Positions 45,276 to 57,113 of a DNA stretch of 64,000 bases are shown piece by piece; within the stretch, counting starts at the first letter, position 1; every line of letters starts with the position of its first letter. The notes under the pieces are model-generated. The model did not search any database. It was given only the letters and a program-made list of their open reading frames with translations, and was not told where the DNA came from. The DNA comes from Escherichia phage vB_EcoM_WFL6982. The stretch lies in the sequence record MK373774.1; one strand, written 5' to 3'. The translations under genes were made by a program, and so were the position numbers.

Positions 45276-45791
45276 ATGGCACAAATACTTCCTTTAAATA
45301 CCGACTTAGGAGAAGACATGGAAGGGGCGTCTATTGACGTCCTTTTTACTCCGCAGTTAGAAACAACCGAAACTTTAGTGTCAATAAATATAACAGATTA
45401 TGAACCGACACAAGGCATTACGGTAGATGGCAATCGTTTATATGGAACATATGAAAGTGTGTTTAGCTTTTCTTCAGATGCATTGAAATACCGATTAAAT
45501 GATGATTTTGAAACCGCATCTTCATGGGATGATTTACCAAAAGATGAATCCACACAGTTATATTTGTGGAGAGCTCCTCAGAATCTTCGTAAAGTGTTTA
45601 GTTATACGGTTGAAATGATTTATAACTACCAAGAAGAAAGTTCATCAGGCGGTTCTAGAAGTGACTCTGGTACAGAACCTCCACCGGCTCCAGTACAAAA
45701 AACTCTTACTAAGGTTTATACAAAAACTATAGTAGGAAATTGGAGCAAATGGGCTCAACAATTACGAAACTATGTTTATGCGAGGCCATAA
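45276..45791 (+). CDS. 5.1: Hypothetical protein gp5.1-like
   Basis: 171-aa ORF between genes 5 and 5.4. Confidence 0.6.
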   Translation: MAQILPLNTDLGEDMEGASIDVLFTPQLETTETLVSINITDYEPTQGITVDGNRLYGTYESVFSFSSDALKYRLNDDFETASSWDDLPKDESTQLYLWRAPQNLRKVFSYTVEMIYNYQEESSSGGSRSDSGTEPPPAPVQKTLTKVYTKTIVGNWSKWAQQLRNYVYARP

Positions 45792-45793
45792 AA

Positions 45794-46087
45794 ATGTCTG
45801 GATTAAGTTACGACAAGTGCGTTACAGCAGGTCATGAAGCATGGCCTCCTACTGTAATAAATGCTTCACAATCTAAAGTGTTCACCGGCGGTATTCCTGT
45901 TCTTGTGGCAGGAGACCAAATAACACCTCATACAGAAATTAAAAAACCATACGAGACTCATGGAGGTGTTACTGAACCTCGTACATCTAAAGTATACGTC
46001 ACCGGTAAAAAGGCCGTTCAAATGGCTGACCCAATTTCATGCGGGGATACTGTTTCTCAGGCCTCGTCAAAAGTCTTTATAAAATAG
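45794..46087 (+). CDS. 5.4: PAAR-repeat spike tip protein gp5.4
   Basis: Track ORF 45740..46087; internal [52 protein letters not shown]... gives 97 aa matching T4 gp5.4. Confidence 0.85.
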   Translation: MSGLSYDKCVTAGHEAWPPTVINASQSKVFTGGIPVLVAGDQITPHTEIKKPYETHGGVTEPRTSKVYVTGKKAVQMADPISCGDTVSQASSKVFIK

Positions 46088-46095
46088 GAATTAAA

Positions 46096-48066
46096 ATGGC
46101 AAACACTCCTGTAAATTATCAATTAACCCGAACAGCGAATGCTATTCCCGAGATTTTTATCGGGGGCACATTTGCCGAAATCAAACAGAACATTATCGAA
46201 TGGCTTAATGGGCAGAATGAATTTCTTGATTATGATTTTGAAGGTTCACGCTTAAACGTATTGTGTGACCTTTTAGCATATAATACTCTTTATATCCAAC
46301 AGTTCAGTAATAGTGCAGTGTATGAAAGCTTTATGCGTACTGCTAACTTGCGCAGTTCCGTTGTACAAGCGGCTCAGGATAATGGATATCTGCCTGCATC
46401 TAAATCAGCAGCACAAACAGAAATTATGCTCACATGTACGGATGCATTAAATAGAAACTATATCACTATTCCACGTGGTACTCGTTTCCTGGCGTATGCT
46501 AAAGGTACTTCTGTAAATCCATATAACTTTGTTTCCACCGAAGACGTCATTGTAGTTAAAGACAAAAATAATCAATATTTCCCACGTCTTAGGTTAGCTC
46601 AGGGACGTATTGTTCGTACTGAATTAATATTTGATAAATTAAAACCTATCATTATTCGTGATAAGAACATCGACCGTAATTTGGTTAAATTGTATGTTGA
46701 CGGAGCAGAATGGATTAACTGGACTCGCAAATCGATGGTTCATGCTGGTTCTACTTCAACCATTTATTATATGCGAGAAACTGTTGACGGGAACACTGAA
46801 TTTTATTTTGGTGAAGGTGAAATCTCTATTAACACATCAGAAGGTGCTTTAACATCCAACTACATTGGTGGCCTTAAACCTGTCCAGGGTTCTAAAATCG
46901 TAATTGAATATATTTCTACTAATGGTGCTGAAGCAAATGGTGCAGTAGGATTCTCTTATGCTGATACATTAGCTAATATCACAGTTATTGGAATTAATGA
47001 AAACCCAAGTAATAACCCTGACTTCGTTGGTGCGGATGGCGGTGGCGACCCTGAAGATATTGAACGTATCCGTGAATTAGGTACAATTAAACGTGAAACT
47101 CAACAACGATGTGTGACTGCGACCGATTACGACACATTCGTCTCTGAACGATTTGGTTCTATTATTCAAGCGGTTCAGACATTTACGGATTCATCTAAGC
47201 CTGGGTACGCATTTATTGCTGCTAAACCTAAGTCTGGGTTATATTTGACTTCCGTCCAACGAGATGATATTAAAAATTATCTTAATGAGTATAACTTAGG
47301 GACGATAACTCCTGTTGTTATTTCTCCTGATTATTTGTTTATTAAAATGAATATTCGCGTTACGTATGCATTGAACAAATTACAGGAATCTGAACAATGG
47401 TTAGAAGGCCAAATTATTAATAAAATCGACCGTTATTATATTGAAGACGTGGAAATTTTTAACTCGTCATTCGCAAAATCTAAAATGTTAACGTATGTCG
47501 ATGACGCAGATATTTCTATCATTGGTTCGTCTGCGACTATTCAAATGGTTCGCGAGGTACAGAACTTCTACAAAACACCTGAAACATGTATTAAATACAA
47601 TAACCAGATTAAAGATAGAACATTAGAATCTAACGTGTTTTCATTTGATAGTTTACGCGTTGACCCTGAAACAGAAGCTACTATTAAATACGACGTTCGC
47701 ATTGTAGGTTCAGATAGAAATGACCGTGGCATTGGACAAGTTATCATTGGTCCGTTTGCAGATGGCGACGTTATAGAAAATGCTTATATTCAACCATATA
47801 CTGGTGACGATTTTAATAAACTTCATGTTACGGACGGAAGAAACAAATATTACTCTATAGGTGAAGTAAATTATCCGGCTGATTCAATTTATTGGAATAT
47901 AGCTAAAATTGATTTAACTTCTGATAGGTTTGAAGTTCAAACTATTGAACTCTATTCAGACCCAGCTGATGATGTTATCTTTACTAAAGACGGGTCGTTA
48001 ATTGTATTTGAAAATGACTTACGTCCGCAATATTTAACCATAGATTTGGAGCCTATTTCACAATGA
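46096..48066 (+). CDS. 6: Baseplate wedge protein gp6
   Basis: Track ORF 46039..48066; internal ATG MANTPVNYQLTRTANAIPEIFIGG... gives ~656 aa. Confidence 0.9.
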   Translation: MANTPVNYQLTRTANAIPEIFIGGTFAEIKQNIIEWLNGQNEFLDYDFEGSRLNVLCDLLAYNTLYIQQFSNSAVYESFMRTANLRSSVVQAAQDNGYLPASKSAAQTEIMLTCTDALNRNYITIPRGTRFLAYAKGTSVNPYNFVSTEDVIVVKDKNNQYFPRLRLAQGRIVRTELIFDKLKPIIIRDKNIDRNLVKLYVDGAEWINWTRKSMVHAGSTSTIYYMRETVDGNTEFYFGEGEISINTSEGALTSNYIGGLKPVQGSKIVIEYISTNGAEANGAVGFSYADTLANITVIGINENPSNNPDFVGADGGGDPEDIERIRELGTIKRETQQRCVTATDYDTFVSERFGSIIQAVQTFTDSSKPGYAFIAAKPKSGLYLTSVQRDDIKNYLNEYNLGTITPVVISPDYLFIKMNIRVTYALNKLQESEQWLEGQIINKIDRYYIEDVEIFNSSFAKSKMLTYVDDADISIIGSSATIQMVREVQNFYKTPETCIKYNNQIKDRTLESNVFSFDSLRVDPETEATIKYDVRIVGSDRNDRGIGQVIIGPFADGDVIENAYIQPYTGDDFNKLHVTDGRNKYYSIGEVNYPADSIYWNIAKIDLTSDRFEVQTIELYSDPADDVIFTKDGSLIVFENDLRPQYLTIDLEPISQ

Positions 48067-51000
48067 CAGTAAAAGCGCCAGCAGTCACGAGTCTCAGATT
48101 ATCTAAATTGTCCGCAAACCAAGTTCAAATTCGCTGGGATGAGGTTGGCGCTAATTTCTACTATTTTGTGGAAATAGCTGAGACCAAAACAGCTAACGGG
48201 GAAGTAATTCCACGTAATAGCTATAGATGGACTAATTTAGGATATACCGCTGATAACAATTTCTTTGAGTCTGGTTTAAATTCATTAACAACATATATGA
48301 TGCGTGTGGCTACAGCAGCGGAGGGATTTGAGCAGTCTGATTGGAGATACACCGAAGAGTTTGAAACATTTGAAATAAACGCTTACACATTCCAACATAT
48401 GATTGAAATGCAATTAGCTAATGAGTTTATTTCTGAAAAATTTACAAAAAATAATACAAACTACGTTGATTTTAATAATGACACGATCATGGCAGCACTG
48501 ATGAGCGAGTCGTTCCAATTTAGTCCTGCATACACCGATGTGTCGTCGATTAGAAATTTTATAATTGGTGAAAATCAGTATCATGAAATCCAGGGGCATA
48601 TCCAGGACGTATGTAAAGATATAAATCGAGTATATCTAATGGAATCTGAAGGAATTCTTTACCTTTTTGAAAGATTCCAACCTATTGTAAAAGTGTCTAA
48701 TGATAAAGGCCAAACATGGAAAGCTGTTAAATTGCTTAATGACCGTGTAGGATATCCACTTTCACGAACTGTATATTACCAATCAGAATATACGACGTAT
48801 TTGCTCGGCTATGATAAGATTTTTTATGGGCGTAAATCATCCGATATTCGTTGGTCTGCTGATGATGTTCGTTTCAGTTCACAAGATGTAACATTTGCTA
48901 AAATCGGGGACCGATTAAATTTAGGTTTTGATGTAGAGATTTTCGGCACATACGCGTCATTACCAGGAAACGTATCACGTATTGCAGAAGCTATTACTTG
49001 TAATGATGACTATGTTTATATTGCGGCCAGAGATAAAGTTCGCTTCGTTAAAACCAGTAACGCTCCTATTGATTCAGATCCATTATCTCCGACCTATTCC
49101 GAACGGTTGTTTGAACCTGAGACGTTTACAATAACAGGCAACCCTAAAGCAGTTTGTTATAAAATGGATTCTGTTGGTGGAAGAATATTCGCTCTTATTA
49201 TTGGTGAAGTCGAAAACGTTAATGACGACCCAAGAACAAAGCCTATTTTGGATTCCGTTGATAAAGGTGTATACGTTTTAGACCATGACGCTGGAACATT
49301 TAAAAGGATATTTGGTAATACCGAAGAAGAACGCCGTCGTATAGAACCGGCTTTCACCAATATGTCTACTGATGGTGTTGAGCTTTATATCTCTTCTAGT
49401 AATTTTAAATTTTTAGAATCTGATATTGTTGACGACCCAGAAACGCAATCTAAGTATGGACTTTTAGAAGCAGTTAAGTATGAATATCCTAGAGAATGGC
49501 TCGCAGATAAACATTACCATATGATGATTTTCGCATCAAACGAAGAAAGTAATTGGGAAACTTTTTCACCAACTCCTATGCAGTATTATGCAGAACCTTT
49601 CTTTAGTTATTCTAGAAAATCAGGCACACGTTCTTGGATTAATAACTCTGATAGAGCGGTAGTGATTTATTCTGATTTGCTTTACACAAAGGTAGTGGAA
49701 AGCCACCCTAGCACTTCACCTGATCGTAAAGTTCATGAATACTGGAATGACGGCGATTGTAAGATTGTTATGCCGAATATAGAATTCACTGGATTTAAAA
49801 AATACGCATCTGGTATGTTGTTTTATAAATCATCAGGTGAAATAATTTCATATTACGATTTTAGTTATCGTGTTAGAGATAACGTTTCTATAATTTGGAA
49901 GCCCACTAACGTATTCTTGACCGCCTCATTACAAAACCAAGAAAAAGAAACTTCTTGGGTTCCTGTTGAAGAGACAGGTCTATCTGACCCGGATTTACGC
50001 CCATTACTCACTACAATGATGCCAGAGTCTTATCTGTTGGATAATACAAACTTTGAAGCATTTTGTGAAGCGTATATTCAATATCTTTCTGATGGATACG
50101 GGACTCATTATAATAACTTATTGAATTTGATTAAAAATAAATACCCGCGAGAAGAACACGCATGGGAATATCTTTGGTCTGAAATTTATAAACGGAACAT
50201 TTATTTGAATGCTGAGAAACGTGATTTAGTTTCTAGGTTCTTTGAGTCCAGAAGTTACGATTTTTATTCTACTAAAGGAACTGAAGCGTCGTATAAGTTT
50301 TTGTTTAAAGTTCTTTATAACGAAGACGTTGAAGTGGAAATTGAGTCATCTGCTGGAACAGAGTACGATATCATAATTCAATCTGATTCTATAAGTGAAG
50401 ATTTGGTTGGACAAACTATATACACCGCTACAGGTAGATGTAATGTTACATATTTAGAAAGAAGCTATTCTAAAGGTAAATTACAATGGACTGTGACTAT
50501 TCATAACCTTTTAGGTAGGCTTTTAGTCGGTCAAGAAGTAAAAGCCGAAAGACTAGCAGATTTTGAAGGTGAAATAGTTCGCGGTATTAAAGGTAAAGAA
50601 CTTGCCCAAAACACTATCGATTATTTTAATCGTGGTAGAGCTTATTACGTCATGAAAATAAAGTCAAATCTTCCATCCTCTCGTTGGAAATCTGACGTAC
50701 TACGTTTTGTACATCCGGTAGGATTTGGATTTATTGCAATAACCTTATTAACAATGTTTATTAATACAGGATTAACGCTTAAACATGTTGAAACTATTAT
50801 TAATAAATATAAAAATTATAAGTGGGATTCCGGACTGCCTACGGAATATGCAGACCGAGTCGCTCGTTTAGACCCTCAAGGTAATGTGGAATTCAATCCT
50901 GTTACAGGTGAAGTAATTTATGATGCTGGTCCTTATGCTGGTATCGAATACCCTTTACCTGCAAATTATAACGAAGAAAATGATAACTCTATTTTCCAAG

Positions 51001-51161
51001 GACAATTACCGTCCGAACGACGCAAGCCAATGAGCCCATTATTTGATGCATCAGGTACAACGTTCTCTAGATTTAGAGAGCTTGTTAATGAAAGATTGTT
51101 AGATAACGTGGGAAATCCTAGAGACCCGATTAATCCACCACAGGTTAAATTAGATGAATGA
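48063..51161 (+). CDS. 7: Baseplate wedge protein gp7
   Basis: 1032 aa, identical length to T4 gp7. Confidence 0.9.
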   Translation: MTVKAPAVTSLRLSKLSANQVQIRWDEVGANFYYFVEIAETKTANGEVIPRNSYRWTNLGYTADNNFFESGLNSLTTYMMRVATAAEGFEQSDWRYTEEFETFEINAYTFQHMIEMQLANEFISEKFTKNNTNYVDFNNDTIMAALMSESFQFSPAYTDVSSIRNFIIGENQYHEIQGHIQDVCKDINRVYLMESEGILYLFERFQPIVKVSNDKGQTWKAVKLLNDRVGYPLSRTVYYQSEYTTYLLGYDKIFYGRKSSDIRWSADDVRFSSQDVTFAKIGDRLNLGFDVEIFGTYASLPGNVSRIAEAITCNDDYVYIAARDKVRFVKTSNAPIDSDPLSPTYSERLFEPETFTITGNPKAVCYKMDSVGGRIFALIIGEVENVNDDPRTKPILDSVDKGVYVLDHDAGTFKRIFGNTEEERRRIEPAFTNMSTDGVELYISSSNFKFLESDIVDDPETQSKYGLLEAVKYEYPREWLADKHYHMMIFASNEESNWETFSPTPMQYYAEPFFSYSRKSGTRSWINNSDRAVVIYSDLLYTKVVESHPSTSPDRKVHEYWNDGDCKIVMPNIEFTGFKKYASGMLFYKSSGEIISYYDFSYRVRDNVSIIWKPTNVFLTASLQNQEKETSWVPVEETGLSDPDLRPLLTTMMPESYLLDNTNFEAFCEAYIQYLSDGYGTHYNNLLNLIKNKYPREEHAWEYLWSEIYKRNIYLNAEKRDLVSRFFESRSYDFYSTKGTEASYKFLFKVLYNEDVEVEIESSAGTEYDIIIQSDSISEDLVGQTIYTATGRCNVTYLERSYSKGKLQWTVTIHNLLGRLLVGQEVKAERLADFEGEIVRGIKGKELAQNTIDYFNRGRAYYVMKIKSNLPSSRWKSDVLRFVHPVGFGFIAITLLTMFINTGLTLKHVETIINKYKNYKWDSGLPTEYADRVARLDPQGNVEFNPVTGEVIYDAGPYAGIEYPLPANYNEENDNSIFQGQLPSERRKPMSPLFDASGTTFSRFRELVNERLLDNVGNPRDPINPPQVKLDE

Positions 51162-52158
51162 TTCAAGTGTTGTCTATCGTTCGATAGTTACTTCAAAATT
51201 TAGAACTGAAAAAATGTTGAATTTCTACAATTCAATAGGTGATGGTGATAATAAAAACACCATCTTTATAACGTTTGGTCGGTCTGAACCATGGGCTGCT
51301 AATGAAAATGAGGTGGGCTTCGCCCCGCCGTATCCAACAGACTCGGTTTTAGGCGTAACAGATATGTGGACTAACATGATGGGTTTAGTTAAAGTTATCC
51401 CATCTATGTTAGACTCGGTTATTCCTAGACGTGACTGGGGAGATATTCGTTATCCGGACCCTTATACATTCAAAATAAATGATATAGTCGTATGTAATAC
51501 AGCCCCTTATAATGCTACTGAAGTCGGTGCCGGATGGTTAGTATATCGTTGCGTAGATGTTCCTGATGTTGGGATGTGTTCTATTGAGTCTCTCGACAAC
51601 AAAGAAGAATGTCTTAAATTAGGTGGTAAATGGACTCCGTCTGTTAGGTCTTTAACCCCTCCTGAAGGCCGTGGAGATGCTGAAGGGATTATCGAAGTTG
51701 GTGATGGATATATATGGGAGTATCTTTATGAGATTCCACCTGATGTGTCTATAAACCGATGTACTAATGAATATATAGTCGTTCCATGGCCGGAAGAAGT
51801 TAAAGAAGACCCTGCTCGTTGGGGATATGAAAACAATCTAACCTGGCAACAAGATGATTTTGGCCTTGTGTATAGAGTTAAAGCAAACATAATTCGTTTT
51901 AAAGCCTATTTAGACTCAGTTTATTTCCCTAATGCAGCACTGCCTGGTAATAAAGGATTTAGACAAATTTCTATTATCACAAACCCGTTGGAAGCTAAAC
52001 TCCGTCCTAATGACCCTAATATAAAAGCTGAAAAGGATTATTATGACCCCAGAGATTTACAGCGTCATTCTGGTGAAATGATTTATATGGAAAACCGTCC
52101 ACCTATTATTATGGCAATGGACCAAACCGAAGAGATCAATATTTTGTTTATGTTCTAA
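51154..52158 (+). CDS. 8: Baseplate wedge protein gp8
   Basis: 334 aa, T4 gp8 length and position. Confidence 0.9.
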   Translation: MNDSSVVYRSIVTSKFRTEKMLNFYNSIGDGDNKNTIFITFGRSEPWAANENEVGFAPPYPTDSVLGVTDMWTNMMGLVKVIPSMLDSVIPRRDWGDIRYPDPYTFKINDIVVCNTAPYNATEVGAGWLVYRCVDVPDVGMCSIESLDNKEECLKLGGKWTPSVRSLTPPEGRGDAEGIIEVGDGYIWEYLYEIPPDVSINRCTNEYIVVPWPEEVKEDPARWGYENNLTWQQDDFGLVYRVKANIIRFKAYLDSVYFPNAALPGNKGFRQISIITNPLEAKLRPNDPNIKAEKDYYDPRDLQRHSGEMIYMENRPPIIMAMDQTEEINILFMF

Positions 52159-52162
52159 TTTA

Positions 52163-52183
52163 GGGAGACTTCGGTCTCCCTTT
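52163..52183 (+). terminator. Hairpin (7-bp stem, UUCG loop) with short U-run after gene 8
   Basis: gggagac-ttcg-gtctccc-ttt. Approximate coordinates. Confidence 0.5.
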
Positions 52184-52187
52184 CGTG

Positions 52188-52195
52188 TATAAATA
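52188..52195 (+). promoter_or_regulatory. Late promoter TATAAATA for gene 9
   Basis: Exact TATAAATA ~26 nt upstream of the gene 9 ATG. Approximate coordinates. Confidence 0.6.
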
Positions 52196-52220
52196 GTATA
52201 AACTATTAAGGATTAGCCAC

Positions 52221-53084
52221 ATGTATATTCAAACTCCAAAACAATTGATTGACGTTGGCGAAATTGGTAACGCTTCTACAGGCGATATCCTTTTTGACGG
52301 CGGTGTTAAAATAAACAATGATATAAATGCTATTTACAATGCGTTTGGTGATCAACGAAAAATGGCAACTGCTAATGGGACAGGACCAAATGGACAAATA
52401 ATCCATGCCACTGGATACTACCAAAAAGGAGGTCCTACTGATTATTTCACCCCTGTTCCAGTAGGAAGTAGACACGACATAGATGCTTCTACCGGTGGTG
52501 TTATTGTTACTGTTGCTAGAGGTGAACTCGGCGATTCCGTGGAATTTATAAATTCAAACGGATCAATTTCGGTAAACAACCCATTAAGTATCCAAGCATT
52601 AGATTCTATTAAAGGTGTTGCAGGTAATTTAGTTATAACCACACCTTATACTAAAGTTACTCTTCGTTGTATTTCTTCTGGTGCAGGCGGTTCAATATGG
52701 GATTATTCTACAGAAAGTATGTTTAGTCATACCGAAATTCCTGTAGACGGGACATGGAATATTATTTCAGACTATGTCAATATTCCTCTATTTTATAAAA
52801 CTGAATATAATGCTGCTAAACTTTTGGTTACATGCCAATCTGCCAACGGCAGAAAAATTAAATCATGTGAAATAAATATTCTAATAGATACAATTAATTC
52901 AAGAGTTATTTCAACCGAATACGCCGTGATGCGCGTTGGTAATGATAACGAAGAAGATGAAATTGCGAATATTAGTTTTTCGATAATTAACAATTTTGCC
53001 ACTATGACAGTTTCTTCACATATAAATGGTCTTCGAGTGGCAGCTAAAGTTATTTCAACTCAGAAAATTAGGGTCGCTCAATAA
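52221..53084 (+). CDS. 9: Baseplate protein gp9 (long tail fibre socket)
   Basis: 287 aa, T4 gp9 length and position. Confidence 0.9.
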   Translation: MYIQTPKQLIDVGEIGNASTGDILFDGGVKINNDINAIYNAFGDQRKMATANGTGPNGQIIHATGYYQKGGPTDYFTPVPVGSRHDIDASTGGVIVTVARGELGDSVEFINSNGSISVNNPLSIQALDSIKGVAGNLVITTPYTKVTLRCISSGAGGSIWDYSTESMFSHTEIPVDGTWNIISDYVNIPLFYKTEYNAAKLLVTCQSANGRKIKSCEINILIDTINSRVISTEYAVMRVGNDNEEDEIANISFSIINNFATMTVSSHINGLRVAAKVISTQKIRVAQ

Positions 53085-54898
53085 TGAAACAAAATATTAA
53101 AATTGGGAACGTCGTTGATGACGGACAAGGCGATTACCTTCGTCGTGGTGGTGCAAAAATTAATGAAAACTTTGATGAGTTGTATTACGAATTAGGCGAT
53201 GGCGAAGTTCCATATTCCGCTGGTGCCTGGAAAACATACCATTCTTCAGATGGACTTAATTTAGCTGCTGAATGGGGTAAATCATACGCAATTGATACTT
53301 CAACAGGGCGTGTTTCTATAAATTTACCTAAAGGAACAGTGGAAGATTATAATAAAGTAATTAGAGCCCGTGATGTATTCGCCACATGGAATATTAACCC
53401 TGTAACATTAATTGCTGCCGGCGGTGATACTATTAAAGGTTCTTCTAGCCCAGTAGAAATCAATGTGCAGTTTTCAGACTTAGAATTAGTTTACTGTTCT
53501 CCTGGGCGCTGGGAATACGTTAAAAATAAACAAATAGACAAAATTACTAGTTCTGATATTAGTAGTGTAGCTCGTAAAGAATTTTTAGTCGAAGTTCAAG
53601 GTCAAACTGATTTTCTTGATGTATTTGGGCCTGTTTCTTATAATGTGAATAATATCCGTGTAAAACATCGTGGTAACGAATTATACTACGGTGACGTGTT
53701 CAGTGACAATAGTGACTTTGGTTCTCCAGGAGCTAATCCTGGCGAAATCGTTGCATTAGATGGTAAAAACATCCGTTTAAGACAACCATGTAATATCGGC
53801 GACACCGTACAAATTGAAACCTTTTTAGATGGGATTACACAATTACGTAGTTCTTATTCTCGCCGCCAAATACGTATTTTAGATTCGAAATTAACAACCC
53901 GTCCTTCCTTAGAAGGAAGTGTATATGTCGCGGATTTGTCAACTTTGAAATCTATTCCTTTTTCGGCATTTGGAGTTAATCCTTCAGAACCGGTCAATAC
54001 CAATTCTTTAGAAGTTCGTTTTAACGGTATTCTTCAAGAATTAGCTGGTACTGTTGGTTTACCTATGTTCAGATGTGAAGGTGCTGATGCAGAAACTTCT
54101 ACCGAGTGTTCAGCTTTAGGTGGGACTTGGGTTACATCTAACACCGATTATTCTATTGAATATGATGATAACGATGCAACTATTGCACGTGCTTTAGTCT
54201 TTGACCGTAAGTTTGAAGACCAAGACATTATTGATATTACATGGTTTAATAACGATTTAGGCACTTTATTAAGTATCGATGACATTTTAGATACAACTGA
54301 TGAAAGGTATGTCGCACAAGGTGCAGCCGTAAATGTGACCGGCGATGTGGCTTTGACCGATTTCAATAATATCGGATGGCCTAATGTAGAATCTGTTCCT
54401 GCATATAGCAGGGAATTCTCGTCTATTGCAAATATTTTTAACACCATTTACCCTGTCGGTACTATTTACGAAAATGCAGTGAACCCTAATAACCCAGCCA
54501 CGTATTTAGGATTTGGCTCTTGGAAATTATGGGGACAAGGAAAAGTATTAGTTGGATGGAACGACGATATTAGCGATCCTAATTTTGCATTAAATAATAA
54601 CGACCTTGATTCTAGCGGGAATCCTACACATACCGCCGGTGGAACAGTCGGAACAACGTCTAACACACTAACTAATTCTGATTTACCTCCTACTCAAACT
54701 GACGAGAAAGTTCTTATTTCCGATGAGAACGGTACAATTATTATTGGTGGTTGTCAATACGACCCTGATGCAGAAGGTCCTATATACACCAAATACCGTG
54801 AAGGCCACGCCACAACGAATAGTACACACATACCGCCTCAAGCCGTAAATAATATTCAACCGTCAATTACCGTATACCGTTGGGTAAGGATTGCATAA
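53084..54898 (+). CDS. 10: Baseplate wedge protein gp10
   Basis: 604 aa, T4 gp10 length and position. Confidence 0.9.
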   Translation: MKQNIKIGNVVDDGQGDYLRRGGAKINENFDELYYELGDGEVPYSAGAWKTYHSSDGLNLAAEWGKSYAIDTSTGRVSINLPKGTVEDYNKVIRARDVFATWNINPVTLIAAGGDTIKGSSSPVEINVQFSDLELVYCSPGRWEYVKNKQIDKITSSDISSVARKEFLVEVQGQTDFLDVFGPVSYNVNNIRVKHRGNELYYGDVFSDNSDFGSPGANPGEIVALDGKNIRLRQPCNIGDTVQIETFLDGITQLRSSYSRRQIRILDSKLTTRPSLEGSVYVADLSTLKSIPFSAFGVNPSEPVNTNSLEVRFNGILQELAGTVGLPMFRCEGADAETSTECSALGGTWVTSNTDYSIEYDDNDATIARALVFDRKFEDQDIIDITWFNNDLGTLLSIDDILDTTDERYVAQGAAVNVTGDVALTDFNNIGWPNVESVPAYSREFSSIANIFNTIYPVGTIYENAVNPNNPATYLGFGSWKLWGQGKVLVGWNDDISDPNFALNNNDLDSSGNPTHTAGGTVGTTSNTLTNSDLPPTQTDEKVLISDENGTIIIGGCQYDPDAEGPIYTKYREGHATTNSTHIPPQAVNNIQPSITVYRWVRIA

Positions 54899-55557
54899 TG
54901 ACCATACTTAATACTAAAGCGGGAGTAATATCCCGCGAAGCAGATTTTTTAGGATTTAGAAAAAATCCTACTCAAATTGATATTTTAAACAACCAAGGTG
55001 TAGGTTCTGTAACCATTTCTCAATTGGCAAAAGGATTCTACGATGATAACGTAGAATCTGCAATAAACGATGTTCATAATATTGCTAGAGCAGATGTAGG
55101 AACAGTTACAATTAACACCTCAGGTGTATCTCCTGAAGGAACTTCACAGGTAGATTATTGGACCTTTAGTGGAAGTGTAACTGACCCTAGTTTGCCCGAT
55201 GGAAGCCCTGTTATTGTAAAAGTTTACGGGCTTCCTGTTAATGCTACTGTAGGTATGACAGCCGACGAATTTGTTGTACAATTACGTACTACTCTCCGGA
55301 ATGCGATTTCCGACCAATTGGCTATTGCAGAGTATAAAGATGACCCTACTGTTGGGACTAAATTACAAATAACATATTTAGATAACCAAAGACACGTACT
55401 CCCAACGTATTCCTCTTATGGTATCACGGTTTCTCAAGAAATAGTGTCTCAGGCTAAGTCTGGGTACGGTACTTGGAATTTACTAGGTGCGCAAACCATT
55501 ACTCTTGACAACCATATTTCACCTACAACCTTTTATTATTTTGTGAGAACCGCATGA
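54898..55557 (+). CDS. 11: Baseplate wedge / short tail fibre attachment protein gp11
   Basis: Track ORF 54880..55557; internal [29 protein letters not shown]... gives 219 aa as in T4 gp11. Confidence 0.9.
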   Translation: MTILNTKAGVISREADFLGFRKNPTQIDILNNQGVGSVTISQLAKGFYDDNVESAINDVHNIARADVGTVTINTSGVSPEGTSQVDYWTFSGSVTDPSLPDGSPVIVKVYGLPVNATVGMTADEFVVQLRTTLRNAISDQLAIAEYKDDPTVGTKLQITYLDNQRHVLPTYSSYGITVSQEIVSQAKSGYGTWNLLGAQTITLDNHISPTTFYYFVRTA

Positions 55558-57104
55558 GTAATAATACATATCAACACGTTTCGAACGAATCGGTATATGT
55601 TGAATTTGACCCGGTAGGGTCAAATTTTGATAGTTCAATAACCAATGTCCAGGCAGCCTTAGCCTCAATTAGCGCATATGGTGTTAAAGGTGTTCCGGAC
55701 GCAAGTGAAACAGAAAAAGGTGTAATTCAATTAGCGACGGAACAAGAAGTTCTTGACGGTTTTAATAGTACTAAGGCCGTTACACCTGCCACATTAAATG
55801 CAAGACTTCAGTATCCGAATGCATCAGAAACACAATACGGCGTAACTAAATATGCAACACAAGAGGAGGCCATTGCTGGCACTTTAGACACTGTTTCTAT
55901 TACTCCGCTTAAATTAAACCAAACTATTGATAACACGTTCTCTACTCGTTATTCAACAGAAACAACTAACGGTGTTATTAAAATTGCATCTCAAACCGCT
56001 GCACTTGCCGGGTCTGATGACACCACGGCAATGACTCCGCTTAAAACGCAACAATTAGCAATAAAATTAATTTCTCAAATAGCTCCTAATAACGACCCGG
56101 CTTCAGAATCTATTACCGGTGTTGTGCGTTTAGCTACGGTGGCTCAAACACGTCAAGGAACTCTTCGCGAAGGATATGCAATTTCCCCGTATACCTTTAT
56201 GAATTCTGTTGCAACGCAAGAATATAAAGGTGTTATACGTCTAGGAACACAAGCGGAAATTAATAGTAATTTAGGGGATGTTGCAGTAACAGGTGAAACG
56301 CTAAATGGTAGAGGAGCTACCGGTTCTATACGTGGAGTCGTTAAATTAACGACGCAGGCTGGTATTGCCCCTGAAGGCGATAGCTCCGGAGCATTAGCAT
56401 GGAACGCAGATGTAATTAATACACGCGGTGGACAAACTATTAATGGTTCTTTAAATTTAGATCACCTCACAGCAAATGGAATTTGGTCGCGTGGCGGAAT
56501 GTGGAAAAACGGTGACCAGCCAGTTGCAACAGAGAGATATGCATCTGAACGTGTTCCTGTTGGAACAATTCAAATGTTCGCAGGTGATAGCGCTCCTCCA
56601 GGTTGGGTTTTATGTCATGGTGGGACCATTTCTGGAGACCAATTTCCGGACTATCGAAATGTGGTTGGAACAAGATTTGGCGGTGATTGGAATAATCCTG
56701 GAATTCCGGATATGCGCGGCCTTTTTGTTAGAGGAGCTGGTACTGGCAGTCATATTTTAAATAATCGTGGCCAAGACGGCTATGGAAAGGATAGATTAGG
56801 TGTAGGATGTGACGGCATGCATGTTGGCGGTGTCCAAGCACAGCAAATGTCATATCATAAACACGCTGGTGGATGGGGCGAACTTCAACGTCATGAGGCA
56901 CCATTCGGAGCATCCGTATATCAAGGTTATTTGGGTACTAGAAAATATTCCGACTGGGACAATGCTTCATACTTCACCAATGATGGATTTGAATTAGGTG
57001 GACCGAGAGATGCCCTTGGTACACTTAATCGTGAAGGACTTATCGGATATGAGACTCGTCCATGGAATATATCTTTAAATTATATTATTAAAGTCCATTA
57101 CTAA
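55554..57104 (+). CDS. 12: Short tail fibre gp12
   Basis: 516 aa; repetitive beta-helical N-terminal half; T4 gp12 position. Confidence 0.9.
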   Translation: MSNNTYQHVSNESVYVEFDPVGSNFDSSITNVQAALASISAYGVKGVPDASETEKGVIQLATEQEVLDGFNSTKAVTPATLNARLQYPNASETQYGVTKYATQEEAIAGTLDTVSITPLKLNQTIDNTFSTRYSTETTNGVIKIASQTAALAGSDDTTAMTPLKTQQLAIKLISQIAPNNDPASESITGVVRLATVAQTRQGTLREGYAISPYTFMNSVATQEYKGVIRLGTQAEINSNLGDVAVTGETLNGRGATGSIRGVVKLTTQAGIAPEGDSSGALAWNADVINTRGGQTINGSLNLDHLTANGIWSRGGMWKNGDQPVATERYASERVPVGTIQMFAGDSAPPGWVLCHGGTISGDQFPDYRNVVGTRFGGDWNNPGIPDMRGLFVRGAGTGSHILNNRGQDGYGKDRLGVGCDGMHVGGVQAQQMSYHKHAGGWGELQRHEAPFGASVYQGYLGTRKYSDWDNASYFTNDGFELGGPRDALGTLNREGLIGYETRPWNISLNYIIKVHY

Positions 57105-57113
57105 GGGTAAAAA